Position numbers and translations under genes: made by a program. From the human T2T-CHM13v2.0 reference genome, Homo sapiens, in the NCBI RefSeq assembly GCF_009914755.1, contig NC_060927.1: 64,000 bases of DNA. One strand, written 5' to 3'. Every line of letters starts with the position of its first letter. Position 1 is the stretch's first letter. The notes under the pieces were generated by a model. It ran no database searches, was not told the DNA's origin, and was given only the letters and a program-made list of their open reading frames with translations. Below, in pieces: positions 29,276-43,757 of the stretch.

Positions 29276-32200
29276 TAAAAAGATTAACATAATTGACAAG
29301 CCATTAGCTAGATGAATAAAGAAAAAAAGAGAAAAAACCAAATTAATAAAATCAGAAACAAAAAGGAGACATAATAACAGAGACTACATAAATACAAAAG
29401 ACCATTAGAAACTATTATGAACAACTACACATGAATAAATTCAAAAGATTAGAGAAAACTGAAAAATTCCCGGATACAGACAACCTAACAACTTTAAACC
29501 AACAAGAAATGGAAAACCTCAGTCCAATAATGAGTAATGAGATTGAATTAGTAATGAAAAGTCTCCCAACAAAGAAAAGTCCAGGAACAAATGGCTTCAC
29601 AGCTGAATTCTACCAAACTTTTAAAGAACTAATACCAGTCCTTGATACACAGATGAAATACTTCAAACTATTCCAAAAAATTGAATGTAAAACTCATTTG
29701 AATGTCATCGAATGTCAAAACTCATTTGACAAGCCCAGCATGATTGTGATACAAAAACCAGATAAGACACAGCAAAAAAGAAAAGCACAAGCCAATACTA
29801 CTAATAAACATATATATAAAATACTAGCAAATGAATTCAACAGAACATCAAAAACATCAGGCACCATAATCAAGTGAGATTCACCTCAGATATGCAAGGA
29901 TGGTTCAACATATGCAAATCGATATTTGTGATACATTGCATCAACAAAATGAAGAACAAAAACTAGGTGATTATTTTAATATCATATGATCAGAAAAAGC
30001 ATTTTATAAAATTCAACATCCCTTCATCACTAAAAACTTTCAATAAATTAGGTACAGAAGAAAGTACTTCAACACAATAAAGGCCATCTATAGGCCATGT
30101 AGCTAATATTATACTAAATGGGGAAAAGCTTTCAGCTTTTAAGAATTAGAAGAAGAATTAGAAGAAAAAGTGCCTACTCTCACCCTTGTTATTCAAGATA
30201 GTACTGGAAGTCTGGCCCAGAGAAATTAGGCAAGAAAAATAAATAAGTAAAGTACATCCAATTTAGAAAGGAGGAAGTCAAATTGTCCATGTTTCCAGAT
30301 AAAATTATCTTATATAGAGAAACCCTAAAGACTGCACCAAAAAACTGTTAACACTGATAAACAAATTCAATAAAGTTGCAGCATACAAAATCAATAGACA
30401 AAACTTAGTAGCATTTCTATACACAAACAACAAACCAGATGAAAAGGAAATCATGAAAGCAATCCCATTTACAATAGCTACAAAAATATATAAATGAATG
30501 AATAAAATATCTACGAATGAATTTAACCAAGGAGATGAAAGATCTCTGCAAGTAAAGCCATACAACACTGCAGAAAGAAATTTAAGAAGACACAAAAAAT
30601 AGAAAGACATCCCATATTCATGGACTAGAATAACTAATATTGTTAAAATGCCCATACTACCCAAAGTAGTCTACAGAATAAATGTAATTACTATCAAGAT
30701 ACCAATGAAGTGTCATTTCATTTAACAAAAATAGAAAAAAAATCCTGAAATTTACATGGAACCACAAAAGACCCGAAACAGCCAAAGCCCATACTGAGCA
30801 AAAAACAAACAAACCAAAAAAAAAAAAAAAACAAGCTGCGGCATCACACTAACAGACTTCAAAATATACCATAAAGCTGTACTAATCAAAACAGCATGGT
30901 ACTGGCATAAAAACCGACACATAGAAAAATGGAACAGCATAGAGAACCCAGAAATTAGTCCACATATATACAGTCAACTGCTTTGACAAAGATGTCAAGA
31001 ACATACATTTGGGAAAGGACACCTTCTTTAATAAATGGCGCTGGGTAAACTGAATATTCATATGCAGAAGAATGAAACTAGACCTCCTGCCTCTCACCCC
31101 ATACAAAAATCAACTCAAAATTCATTGAAGACCTAAATATAAGACCAGAAACTATAAAACTGCTAGAAGAAAACACCGATGAAATACTTCAGGACATTGA
31201 TCTGAGAAATAATTTTAAGAATAAGACCTCAATAGCATAGGTAACTAAAGCAAAAATAAACACATGGGATTATATAAAACTAAAAACCTTCTGCACAGCA
31301 AAACAATAAACAGAATGAATAAACTTACAGAATGGGATAAAATATTTGTAAAATATTCATCCAACAAAAGAGTAATATCCAGATATACAAGGAATTCAAA
31401 TATCTCCACAATAACAGAAAAACTAACTTAAAAATGGGTAATTGATACAGATATTTCTGAACAGAAGACATACATATGGTTAACAAATACATGAAAAAGT
31501 GCTCAACATCACTAATCATCAAGGAAATGTCAATTAAAATCACAAGGAGATATCATTCACCCCAGTTAGAATGGCTATTATCAAAAAGACACAAATAAAT
31601 GTTGGTGAGGATGCAAAGAAAAGGGAATTCTTATAAATCACTGATAGGAATGTAAACTAATACAGTCTCTATGAAGAATAGTATGGAAGTTCCTAAAAAA
31701 ATTAGAAATAGAAATGTCATATGATCCAGCAATCTTGCTCGTAAACATTTATTCAAAGGAAAGGAAATAAATATGTTAAAGAAATATCTATCTGCACCCC
31801 TATGTTTATTACAGCAATATTCACAATAGCCAAGACAGGAAATCAACCCAAACGCCCAATAACAAATGAATGGATAAAGAAAATGTGGTATATATACACA
31901 ATGGAATACTATTCAGCCATAAAAAATGAAATCTTGTCATTCACAGCAACATGGATGGAACCGGAGGATATTATGTTGAGTGAAATAAGCCAAGAACAAA
32001 AAGCCAAACATCACATGTTCTCATTCTATGCAGAAGTTTAAAAAAAGTTGGTCTCATAGAAGTAAAAGGCAGAACACAGGCTTCTATAGACTACAAAGGG
32101 TAAGGGAAAGGGGGGAATAGAGGAAATTTGTTAAAGGGCACAAAATTATAGCTAGGTAGGATGAGCAAGTTCTATTGTTTTATAGTACTGTAGGATGACT

Positions 32201-35200
32201 ATAGTTCACAATAATATATTACATATTTTCAAAGAGCTAGAAGAAGATATTGAATGTTCCCAACACAAGGAAATGTTTGAAGTGAAGGATATGCCAATTA
32301 CCATGATCTGATTACTACAAATTGTATGTATCAAAATATTACTATGTACCCCATAAATATGTGCAATTATTATGTGTCAGTTAAAATTAATATAAATAAG
32401 TAACTAAAGCAGAAGCAGGAGAGGAACAGAGATGAGAGCCCTCATCTAGTTCAACTTTCTAATTCCATAATTTCTGAGATCAACATGCATTCCTTCCCTT
32501 GAGCTCTGTAGAGTTTTTCACAATCACAATAGTTTTAATCTATTTCAAATTTTGTTTTTGAAAAGTTGCTATATTGTAGTTAAAAAAATGAAAAAAATAA
32601 GAAATACTTTAAATAATAATGACTAAGAATTTTCTCCAAATTAATTTCAGACACTAAATCACAGATCCAGGAAACTCAGAGAACGCCAAGCAGAATAAAT
32701 GCCAAAAATAACCTACACCTAGATGTATTATTTTCAAATTACAGAAAATCAAATGTAAAGAAATACTTCAGAAAGAAGCCAGAAGGGAAAAACACCTTAC
32801 CTACCAAGAAGAAAAGAAAAGAATTATACCCAACTTCTCCTCAGAGACCATGCAAGCAAGAAGACAGCAAAGTAAAATATTTGAGGTGTTGAGGGAAAAA
32901 AACTACCAACCTAGAATTTCATGTCCTGCAAAAACTATCCTCCAAAACTGAAGGAGAAATAAAGATGTTCTCAGACAAACAAAAATTGTGGGAATTTGTT
33001 GTCTGTAGGCCTGCCTTCCAAAAAATGTTGAGAGAAATTTTTTTAGAGAGAAGTAAAATAATATCAGTCAAAAACTCAGATCTATATCAAGAAGAACACT
33101 GGAAAACAAACAAGTGAAGGTAAAATTAAAACTTGCATTTTTCTTATTCTTAATTAATCTAACAGATAACACTTTGTCCAAAATAATGATAGTAACAATG
33201 TATTTGATTATGTATGTGTTATGTATAAGAAGAATGAATAAAATAATGATACAAGGAAAGGAAGGAAGGAACTAGGACTATTTTGTTATTGCAAGGTATT
33301 CACACTACCCATGAAACAGTATATAGTAGTATTTGAAAGTTAATTTGGATTCATTATAAATGTATATTGCAAGCTCAAGTGATGACTAAAAAAGTAAAAA
33401 TAGAAATATAACTAATATGCTAAGGAGGATAGAAAATGGCATCATATAAAATACTCAGGTAAAATCATAAGAGGCAGGAAAAGAGTAGAAGACAAAAATA
33501 GGAACAAAGAACAGAGGCACTAAAAGAAAACAGTAACAACTGTGGTAGATATTAATCTAACAGTATCAGTAATCACTTTGAACATCAATGGTCTGAATGC
33601 ACCAAATAAAAGACGGAGATTGTCAGAGTAGATCAAAAAGCAAGACCAATTATATGTTGTCTACAAAAAACCTTGAAATCTAAAGAGATATATATATATA
33701 TGTAGTTTGAAAGAAAAGGGATGAATAAAGATAAGTCATGCTAATACTAATCAAAAGGAAATGGAAGTAGCTATATTAATTTTACACAGCAATGACTTCA
33801 GAGCAAGAAAAGTTATTACATAATGATGTGTTATCATTACATAATAATATATGAGTCAATTCTCCAAAAAGAAATAATAATCCTTAACATATGTGCACCT
33901 AGCAAAAGAGGATCAAAATATATGAGGCAAAAACTGATAGAACAGCAAGGAGAAATAAATGAATCTGCTATAATAGTTGGAGACTTCAATACCCCTCTAT
34001 TAGAAACAGACAGATCCAGCAGGCAGAAATTCAGTAACAAAATAGCTGAATTCAACAATACCATCAATTAACTAGTATAACTGACATCTATAGATGACTT
34101 TTTCTAACAAGAGCAGCATACACATTCTTCTCCAGCTCATATGAAACTTGTACCAAAATAGACCACATTCTGAGCCATAAAACACATCCTAACAAATATA
34201 AAAAATAGAAATTACATAATGCCTGCTTTTAGACCATGATGGAATTAAACTGGAAATGAAAAACAAAAAGGTAGTGGAAAGTTCCAAAATATTTGGAGAT
34301 TATACCACAGACTTCTAAATAATGCATAGGTGAAAAAAGAAACCTAAAGAGAAATTTTAAAATATTTTTAAATAAATGAAAATGAAAACACAATTTATCA
34401 AAATTTGTGGATGCAGCAGGAGTAGTTCTTAGAGGGAAATTTATAGCATTGAATGCACATATTAGAAAATTAGAAAGGTCTAAAATCAATCACCCAGACT
34501 CCAACTTTACGAAACTAGAAAATAGAAGAGCAAATTAAATCCAAATTAAGCAGAAGAAAATATAAATTAGAACAGAAGACAATAAAATTGAAAATGAGAA
34601 AATCAATAAAACCAAAACCTGGTTCTTTGAAAAGATCAATAAAATTGATAAGTCACTGGCCAGACCAAGAAAAAAAGAGAGAAGATACAAGTTGCTAATA
34701 TCTGATATGAAAGAGGGTATATTAACACAGATGCCATTTACATTAAAATGATAATAACAGAATACTATGAAGAATTCTATGCCCACAAATTTGACAACAC
34801 AGATGAAATAAACCAATTCTTGAAAAGATACAACCTGCCAAAACAATTTGGCAGTTTAAACAGGACTATATCTAGTAAATAAATTAAAGGAGAAACAGGC
34901 AAATTGAACAGGACTGTATCTATTAAATAAATTGAATCAATAATTAATAACCTTTCAGGACACACAGTACGAGGCCTAGATGGGTTCACTGATAAATTCT
35001 GTTAAATATTTAAGGAAGAAATCATACCAGCTCTCTTTAATCTCTTTCAGAAACAGAAGCAGAGGGAATGCTTCCTAACTCATTCTATCAGGTTAGCATT
35101 ATCCTAATAACCAAACCAGACAAAAACATTACAAAAAAGAAAACCACAGACCAATATCTCTCATAAACATACATTTTTAAATCCTCAGTAAAATATTAGT

Positions 35201-36701
35201 AAATCAAATTCAAGAATGTAGTAAAAGAATTATATTCCATGAACAACTGGGGTTTATTCCAGATATGCAAGCCTGGCTCAAAATTCAAAAATGAATTAAT
35301 ATCTTCCATCACATCAATAAGCTAAATAATATGATCATTTCCATAGATACATAAAAAGCATTTGACAAAATTTAACATTCATTTATGATTTTTTAAAAAC
35401 TCTCAGTAAACTGGGATAAAGAGAAATTTCTCAACTTAAAAAACATCTACAAAAAACTCTACAGCTAGCATCATAATTAATGGTGAGAAAGCAAAGCATC
35501 AGGAGCAAAGCAAGATGACTCTTTTCACCACTGCTTTTCTAACTAATGCTTTTCTAACTAATTCACCACTGGAATTTCTAACTAATGCAATAAGACAAGA
35601 AAAAATAAATAAAAGGGATCAAGATCAGTAACGAAGAAATAAAACTGTCTTTGTTCATACATGACATAATTATCTATGTAAAGCATCTGAAAGAATTGAC
35701 CAAAAAAACTCCTAGAACTAATAAGAAATTGCAGCAAGGTTGCAAAATACAAGGTTAACATACAAAAGTCAATTTTTTGTATTGTATTGACTCATTGATG
35801 TGATGGAAGATATTAATTCAAGGTTAACATACAAAAGTCAATGTTTGTATGACAATTTCCAATAAGTCACCAGTGAACAAGTGGAATTTGAAGTTAAAAA
35901 CACAATACCATTTATATTAGCATCCCCAAAAATGAAATACTTAGGTATAAGTCTAACAAAATATGTGCAACATCTATATGAGGAAAACTATAAAACTCTG
36001 ATGGAAAAGAATCAAAGAAAATCTAAGTAAATGGAGTGAGACCTCATGTTCACAGATAGGGTGAATGAATATTACCAAAGTCCCAGTTTTTCCCAACTTG
36101 ATCTATGTATTCAACACAATCCCAACCAAAATCTCAGCAAGTTATTTTATGGACATAAACAAACTGATTTTTAAGTTTATCTAGAGAGGCAAAAGACTCA
36201 GAATAGTCAACACATTATTGAAGAAGAACAAAGTTTGAGGCCTGACACTATTCGACTTCAAGATTTACTATAAAGCTACAATAATCAAGTCAGTATTTTA
36301 TTAGCAAAAGAAGAGCTAAATAAGTAAATGAAACCAAATAGAGAGCCCAGAAATAGGCTCACATAAATATTGTATTTGGAAATTAGCAAAGGCAATACAT
36401 TGGAGTCTTTTGAACAAATGGTGTTGGAACGACTGGACATCCAGATGCAAAAATAAATTAAATCTAGATACAGACCTCACACCTTTCACAAAAATAAACT
36501 CAAAATGGATCAGTGTCCTAAATATAAAAATGCAAAACTAAAAACACTCCTAGAAGGTAACATAAGAGAAAGTCCAAATGATCTTTGGTTTGGCAGTGAC
36601 ATTTTAGCTACCACAGTAAAGGCACAATCCATAAAATAAAGAATCTATAAACTGGACTTCAGTAAAATTAAAAATTTCTACTCTGTGAAAAATTTCTAAG
36701 A

Positions 36702-36998
36702 GCAGTGGCTCACGCCTGTAATCACAGCACTTTGGGAGGCCGAGGCGGGCGGATCACGAGGTCAGGAAATCGAGACCATCTTGGCTAACACGGTGAAACC
36801 CCGTCTCTACTAAAAATACAAAAATTAGCAGGGCGTGGTAGCTGGCGCCTGTAGTCCCAGCTACTCTACTCCGGAGGCTGAGGCAGAAGAATGGCGTGAA
36901 CCCGGGAGGCGGAGCTTGCAGTGAGCCAAGATCGCGCCACTGCACTCCAGCCTGGGCGACAAAGCGAGACTCCGTCTCAAAAAAAAAAAAAAAAAAAA
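36702..36998 (+). mobile_element. AluY, slightly 5'-truncated
   Basis: AluY diagnostics 'ggctaacacggtg', 'gaatggcgtgaacccgggaggcggagcttgcag'; CpG-rich; internal CTACT duplication. Confidence 0.93.
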
Positions 36999-37034
36999 GA
37001 ACGAAAAGATAAGCCACATACTAAAAAAAAAATA

Positions 37035-37340
37035 CAGTCATCCCTTGTTGCCTCTGAGGGATTCCATCACCCCATGGATACCAAAATCCACAGATGCTCA
37101 TATCCCTTGTATAAAATGGCTTAGTATTTGCATATAACCACCTGTATTTTTTAAATCGTCTCTAGATTACTTATAATACCTAATACAATGCCTGTATATC
37201 ACTACATCCTGTGGACTCAATGTAGTAAGGCAAATTCAAGTTTTGCTTTTTGGAACTTTGTGGAATTTTTTCCAAATATTTCCAATCCATGGTTGGTTGG
37301 ATCCACAGATTTGAAACCCATGGATACAGAGGGCCAACTG
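37035..37340. mobile_element. MER2-like TcMar-Tigger DNA transposon
   Basis: TA|cagtcatccct...agagggccaactg|TA terminal inverted repeats and TA duplication. Confidence 0.85.
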
Positions 37341-38798
37341 TATTTTCAAAAGACATATCCGATAAAAGACTGTTATCCAAAACACACAAAGGAACCTTAA
37401 AACTCAGCAATATGCAAGCAAACAACCAGATTAAAAAACAGGTCAAAAATCTTAACAGGCACTTTACCAAAGAAGATATATATGGAAAATGTACATATTT
37501 ATGGAAAATAAGCATATGAAAAGATGCTCTACATCATATGTCATCAAAGAAAGGCAAATTAAAACAACAATGAGAACCACTACACACCAAAGGCGAGGAG
37601 TGGAGCAACAGGAACTTAATTGGTAGCAGGAATGCAAAGTGGTACATCTACTTTGAAAGACAGTTTGGCAGTTTCTTACAAAACTAAGCAATCTCCTACC
37701 ATGCAATCCAACAATCATGCTTTTTGGTATTTACCCTAAGAGTTGAAAACTTACATCCATACAAAAACCCGTGCATGGGTGTTAATTGCAGCTTTTTTCC
37801 TAATTGCCAAAACTTGGAAGCAGCCAAGATGTCTTTTACCAGGCAAATGAATAAACTGTGGTATAGTCAAACAATGGAATATTATTCAGTACTAAAAAAA
37901 AAGAGCCATTAAGACATGGAAAGTCATGGGGGAACACTTAAATGCATATTATTAAGTGAAAAAAGCCAGTCTGAAAATGCTGCATACTGTAACGTTCCAA
38001 TTATATGACACTCTGGAAAAGACAAAACTATGGAGACAGTATACCAGGATTGCCTGGGGTTAGTGGGCAGGGAAGGATGAATAGGTAGAATAGAGACGAT
38101 TTTTAGGTCAGTGAAATTACTCTATAAAATATTATCATGGTGGAGACATGTCATTATGCATTTGCCTGAAAACATTCATATTCAACCCTAAAAGTGACCT
38201 CTAATGCAAACTTTGGACTTTGATAATGTGATAATGATGATGTTTCAATGTAGGTTCATTAATTGAAACAAATGTACCACTCTAGTCAGGTATGTTGATA
38301 ATGGGGAGGCTTTGCACATGTGGGGGCAGAGGTCATAGGGGAAATTTCTGTACTTTCCACTCAATTGTGCTACGATCCTAAAACTTCTCTAAAAAAATAA
38401 AGTCTGTTAACTTTTCTTTTCTGTTTCAATGTTAATTAAAATGGCAAACAAAAATTTTGGAGAAAATAGGGTTGAGAGAGGATATAGAAAATAAATCATT
38501 AACACCTATTAAGATCTGCTTATTAAAAAGTGCTCTGGGATAATAATCTAGGTTTCAAAAGTTGAATAACAAATTTTTTGAATAGGCCATTGGTTTTGTT
38601 TAGTGATCCCATTCTTAAAATAGGTACTAAATAAGCATAGAAATAATTTCAGAATGAAAAATTTATTAACACTCTTAAATATAATATCATTTAGATAATA
38701 CAGATAATGCATGAGACAATTCAAGATCCAAAAATGTAAAACCTATATGGACATCAAGCACTCCCCTACTAGAATTATTGTTAAAAGATGCACATTAC

Positions 38799-38867
38799 CT
38801 AAAGCATGATTCTCCTTGCTAGTTTGCAGCATTAATGAGTTGTTTGGTTGAGCAGCACCCTCCGCTT
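38799..38867 (-). CDS. CD200R1: CD200R1 exon 2, 69-nt cassette exon: (E)AEGAAQPNNSLMLQTSKENHAL(A); distinguishes the 348-aa from the 325-aa isoform
   Basis: ttcag|AA GCG GAG GGT...GCT TTA G|gtaat; 23 codons, symmetric phase 1-1. Matches the recalled long-isoform insert. Confidence 0.94.
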
Positions 38868-39305
38868 CTGAATTTTGAAAAAGACATAGGGGGTAGAGAG
38901 AGAAATATGCATTAATAGATCTGACTCCTAGTTAAAATCATATTTTTTCACATTCTTCAGACTATTTTTGTATTGCAGTTGCCAATGAATATCTAAATTA
39001 TGACAGCCAAGCAAAAGTCTTGGCAAAATTTGTCCCAGTATAAACTTTTGACTTTCTCTTCCTGACTCTGGCATAGTCCTGCTTTAAGCCCAGAGTGCCC
39101 ATCACCCCCCTCTTGCTTTATATTCAAGTCTTCTTCCAGGCTTTTAGTCTATCTCTGAGTGTGGAAGAAATTATTTTACTAGGCTTTTCAAGCACCAATG
39201 AGGAGGTAAAAAAAGTTTAGTGGGGACTATTGATTGGCTGCTGGTATGGAATAAAAGGATTTTCCTAAGCATTGTTGAAGTCACATCATAGAATCTATGA
39301 TGGGA

Positions 39306-39656
39306 AAACGGTCCCCAACCTTTTTGGCACCAGGGACCCATTTCGAGGAAGATAATTTTTCCACCACGGACAAGGAGGAAGGGAGCACGATAGTTCTCGG
39401 ATGAAACTGTTACACCTCAGATCATCAGGCATTAGTTCAATTCTCATAAGGAATGCACAGCCTAGATTCCTGGCATGCACAGTTCACAATAGGGTTCATG
39501 CTCCTGTGAGCATCTAATGCCTCCAACTGATCTGACAAGAGGTGGAGCTCAGGCCGCAATTCTCACTCACCTGCCGCTCACCCCCTGCTGTGCGGCCCAA
39601 TCCCTAATAGGCCAAGGACTGGTACCAGTCTGCAGCCCCAGGGTTGGGGACCCGTG
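39306..39656. mobile_element. MER1B-like hAT-Charlie DNA transposon
   Basis: TIRs 'ggtccccaacc' / 'ggttggggacc'; 'aaactgttacacctcagatcatcaggcattag'. Confidence 0.88.
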
Positions 39657-41185
39657 ATATAGACAATGGCCTATTAAGTTCACATTTCTGCAAGGCAAGC
39701 TCTTAGTGAGAATTGGTAGTACACATCTTTTAAGCAGCAATTATTGGCAAAGTACTCTGCTAGGCACAGAGATATCATAATAAACAATATCCCCTTTTTT
39801 CCAAGAGCTTAAGATCCAGGAGAGGCAGTAGCTAGGGAAACAATTATAATGCAAAGTTTTCAGTGCAATGATCGAAGTTGCCTGTGATGTATAGAAGTTT
39901 AAAAGAAGAGATGTTTAAATTCCAGGAAAACAGGAGTAAGAGATTAGGCATGCTTTCCTATAATAAGTAATTTTTTAGCTGGATCTAAGTACATGAGGAG
40001 TTTTCCAGGAAGACAGAAGGGAAAATGCAAACAAAAATAATGGCATTTAAAGGAGGTACAAAGCCAAATAAAAATTTACAAGAGTTATAAATAGTTTAGT
40101 ATTGCCATGAAGTGAGAAAACCTGGATGTGTAATTGGAGTTGAGGCTGGATATCGGCAGGCTCTAACTGTGCAAGGCACAAAGCTCCTGGAATGTGTTCA
40201 CAAGGAAAAGATACACTCGTAGCTTATCTATAGTGAGTGTATCTGACTGGCAAAGAGACACCTTTTAGAGTAAAATTTAATGCTCAGTGTTTTTCTGGAA
40301 AAAGTTTTAATCTACTGCCCCTTTCAGCTGCCATTTTCTTTAGCAAACTGTTCTTTTAAGATAATTTATGGAATGAGTATAACAGGAATAGATTTTGGGT
40401 AATTTGCCTATGTTCTTTATTTCCATCTCTCTATAACTAGCAGATATGATTATTTTCATTTTACAGATAAAGAAATGTAGATTAAGTGATTAAGCAATTT
40501 GACCAAGACTACCTGGCTAGTAAGCTGCTTCAGTTACCCAATTATGAATCTTAGTGCAAGTAAGTCTTACTGCTATGAGTAGAAATCAATGGTTAGAGCC
40601 TAAGAAATATGCTAGGATAGATACACAACCCAAATTAACCCAAACTGAAGTGAGTTTAAGCCATGTTATTGCAAGAGCACTGAGAGACAAACTTTTAAAA
40701 AAGCAGATCGCATGGCAAGTCCATAAAATCAGGATTACAAAGGCATCTGGACACAGACACTATGAATTCTAGATCTGAACGGGAATAGTTAAGTTCGGGA
40801 AGAGACAATTGTCAGAATTCATGGGCTTAGAACAGTGGCCTGCACAGCTCCCTGGCACGTGGCTAGATGAAGCTGGATTAAAAATAAAGATCAACCCAAA
40901 CCTATAGCAAACCAGACTAAACATATGGACAGAAATTTTATGGAAAAAGAAGTAAAAATATCTCTTAGTCATATGAAAATATATTTCACATCAGTCATGG
41001 TAAGAGGAATCCAAATTAAAAGTATTTGGAAATACCATTTCTCATCTATAACTGGCAAAATCCAAAAGTTTGACAACATACACTGTTGGGTGAGGTTGTG
41101 GAGAGATAGGTATGTCTGTATGTTGGTATTGTTCAATTTTATAGTGAGGAAGAAAGAAGATAATAGATGTAAAATAAGTAAGTTT

Positions 41186-41369
41186 AATACAAAAATTAGC
41201 CGGATGTGGTGGCAGATGCCTGTAATCCCAGCTACTTGGGAGGCTGATGCAGAGAATTGCTTGAACCCGGGAGGCAGAGGTTGCAGTGAGCTGAGATCAC
41301 ACCACTGCACTCCAGCCTGGGTGACAGAGTGACACTCCGTCAAAGAAAAAAAAAAAAAGGAAAAAAAAA
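41186..41369 (+). mobile_element. 5'-truncated Alu (linker and right arm only)
   Basis: Begins at 'aatacaaaaattagccgg' and ends in an A-rich tail. Confidence 0.88.
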
Positions 41370-43320
41370 TCCTCAGTCCTAAATTTTAATGAAAAGTATC
41401 AATATCAACTTAAGATGTATTTTTATCTTTCAAAATACATATTTCTTATCTGCTGCTAAGTTGTGGGGTAATTCATTACATAGTTATAAACAACTAATAT
41501 AGTTATCAACCACACTGACCTAATTCATATTTTTAGTACCCTAACCCAGCATCTGCAGAATACATTCTTTGCAAGTGCACATCGTATATTCGCTGAGTTT
41601 GGCCACATTCTGTGCCACAAGTCTCAAAAACATTAAAAAAAACTGAAGTCATATAAAAGATGTCCTCCAACCAAAACAGAATTGAATTAGAAATCAATTA
41701 CAATGAGATTTTTAAGAAAATACCAAATATTTAGAAATCAAACACACGTCTAAGCAACCCTTTGCTCAAAGAAGAAATTCATGAAGAAATTAAAGTTTTC
41801 ACTGGATGATAATGAAAATACAACATGCCAAAATTTGAAATAAGCAGCTAACACAGTGGTTTTAGGAAAAGTAATACCTTTAAGTGCTAATTTTAAAGGA
41901 AGAAATGTGTAAAATTCACCCATAGAAGCAAGAAACAAAAGAGAGAAAACACAATAATAAATATAAGAGCAGAAATCAATAAAAGAGGAAACAAGCAATG
42001 CAAAAAATTAAGGAAATCAAAAGCTAGTTCTTTAAAAAGATAATCAACATTTATAAACTAACAACTAGACTGATAAGGAAAAAAATAGAACACAAATCTC
42101 TAATATCAGGAAGGAAGGAAGGGTCATTCATATAGATTTACATTCGTGAAAGGAAAAATGAGGGAATATTATTAACAATATTACGCTAATCAAATTCAGT
42201 AACAGTTGAAATGGACAAATTCATTGAAGACAAAGCTTTTGAAACCTACTTAAGAATAAAAAAACTGAAAAGCCTTATATCTTTAAAAAACTGAATTTGT
42301 TGATAAAAAGCCTTCTATCAAATTGGCTACACTGACAAATTTAAGCAAACATGTAAGAAAGAAGTAATATTAATTTTACACAAAAACCCTTTTAGAAAAT
42401 CAAGGAGAGAACACTAACTCATTTTATGAAGGTAGAATTAACCATATATCAAAACTATACAAACACCTTACAAATTAAAAAACACATTATGAAATTTTTT
42501 CACAAAATATTAACATCAAATCTTGCACTATGTAAGAAGTAAAATATTAGGCATAGAATTTTCAAAGATGCACTTTAACAGTTTGAGGAAGTTTTCTTCT
42601 CTTCCTAGAACTAAATGAACTTAGTAAAGTAATAATATAAAATACTAATAATATTTTAAAACAATTACATTTTTCTATACTAGCACAAACAATTGGAAAA
42701 TGAAATTTTAAAAATGTTTACAATAATGCAAAAAAAAAAGCCTAGGAAAAAAAGGTAATAAAAGTTGTGTAAGACCTGTATACTGAAAACTGTAAAATAT
42801 TGCTGAGGTAAATTAGATAAACCCTATATAATGGAAAGTCCCAATATTATTAAGATGTCAATTCTCCTCAAGAACAGTCTCAATCAAAATGTAGTAGTCT
42901 TTTCTGTGTAAATTGAGAAGATAATTCTAAAATTTATATATGAATGCAAACCTAGAATAGCCAAGCTGTTTGTTTAAAAAGAATAACAAAAAAAAAAAAA
43001 GAGAGAAAAATTTACTTAAGTTTAAGCTACACTCTGAAGCTACAGTAATCAAAACAATCTGGTCTTGGCTAAAAGATAATCACATATGTCAATGGAATAT
43101 AATACATAATCCAGAAATAGACACACATATATATACTTTATTGATTTTTATCTCCTTGGTTAAATTTATCTCTTAGTATTTTATTTTCTGTAGCTATTAA
43201 AAATAGGATTTTCTTTCTTTCTTTCTCAGATAGTTCACTGTTAGTGTATAGAAAAGCTACTAATTTTTAATGTTGATTTTGTATCCTGCAACTTTACTAA
43301 ATTCATTTTTTAGTTCTAAG

Positions 43321-43757
43321 AATCAACCCAAATGTCCAACAATGATAGACTGGATTAAGAAAATGTGGCACATGTACACCATGGAATACTATGCAGCCAT
43401 TAAAAATGATGAGTTCATGTCCTTTGCAGGGACATGGATGAAATTGGAAATCATCATTCTCAGTAAACTATCGCAAGAACAAAAAACCAAACACCGCATA
43501 TTCTCACTCATAGGTGGGAATTGAACAATGAGAACACATGGACACAGGAAGGGGAACATCACACACCAGGGCCTGTTGTGGGGTGGGAGGAGGGGGGAGG
43601 GATAGCATTGGGAGATATACCTAATGCTACATGACGAGTTAGTGGGTGCAGCGCACCAGTGTGGCACATGTATACATATGTAACTAACCTGCACATTGTG
43701 CACATGTACCATAAAACTTAAAGTATAATAATAATAATAAATAAATAAATAAATAAT
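43321..43757 (+). mobile_element. L1PA2-like 3' fragment (~430 bp)
   Basis: ORF2 C-terminus ...KHRIFSLIGGN*; 3'UTR 'gcattgggagatatacctaatgc...gacgagttagtgggtgcagcgc'. Confidence 0.9.

Larger units (their letters stand above)
32600..38408 (+). mobile_element. Long L1MC1/2-like element (ORF1 3' part, ORF2, 3' end)
   Basis: ORF 33823..34071 reads IIVGDFNTPL (endonuclease motif); L1MC-type terminus 'ttccactcaattgtgctacgatcctaaaacttctctaaaaaaataaagtc'. Confidence 0.85.
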
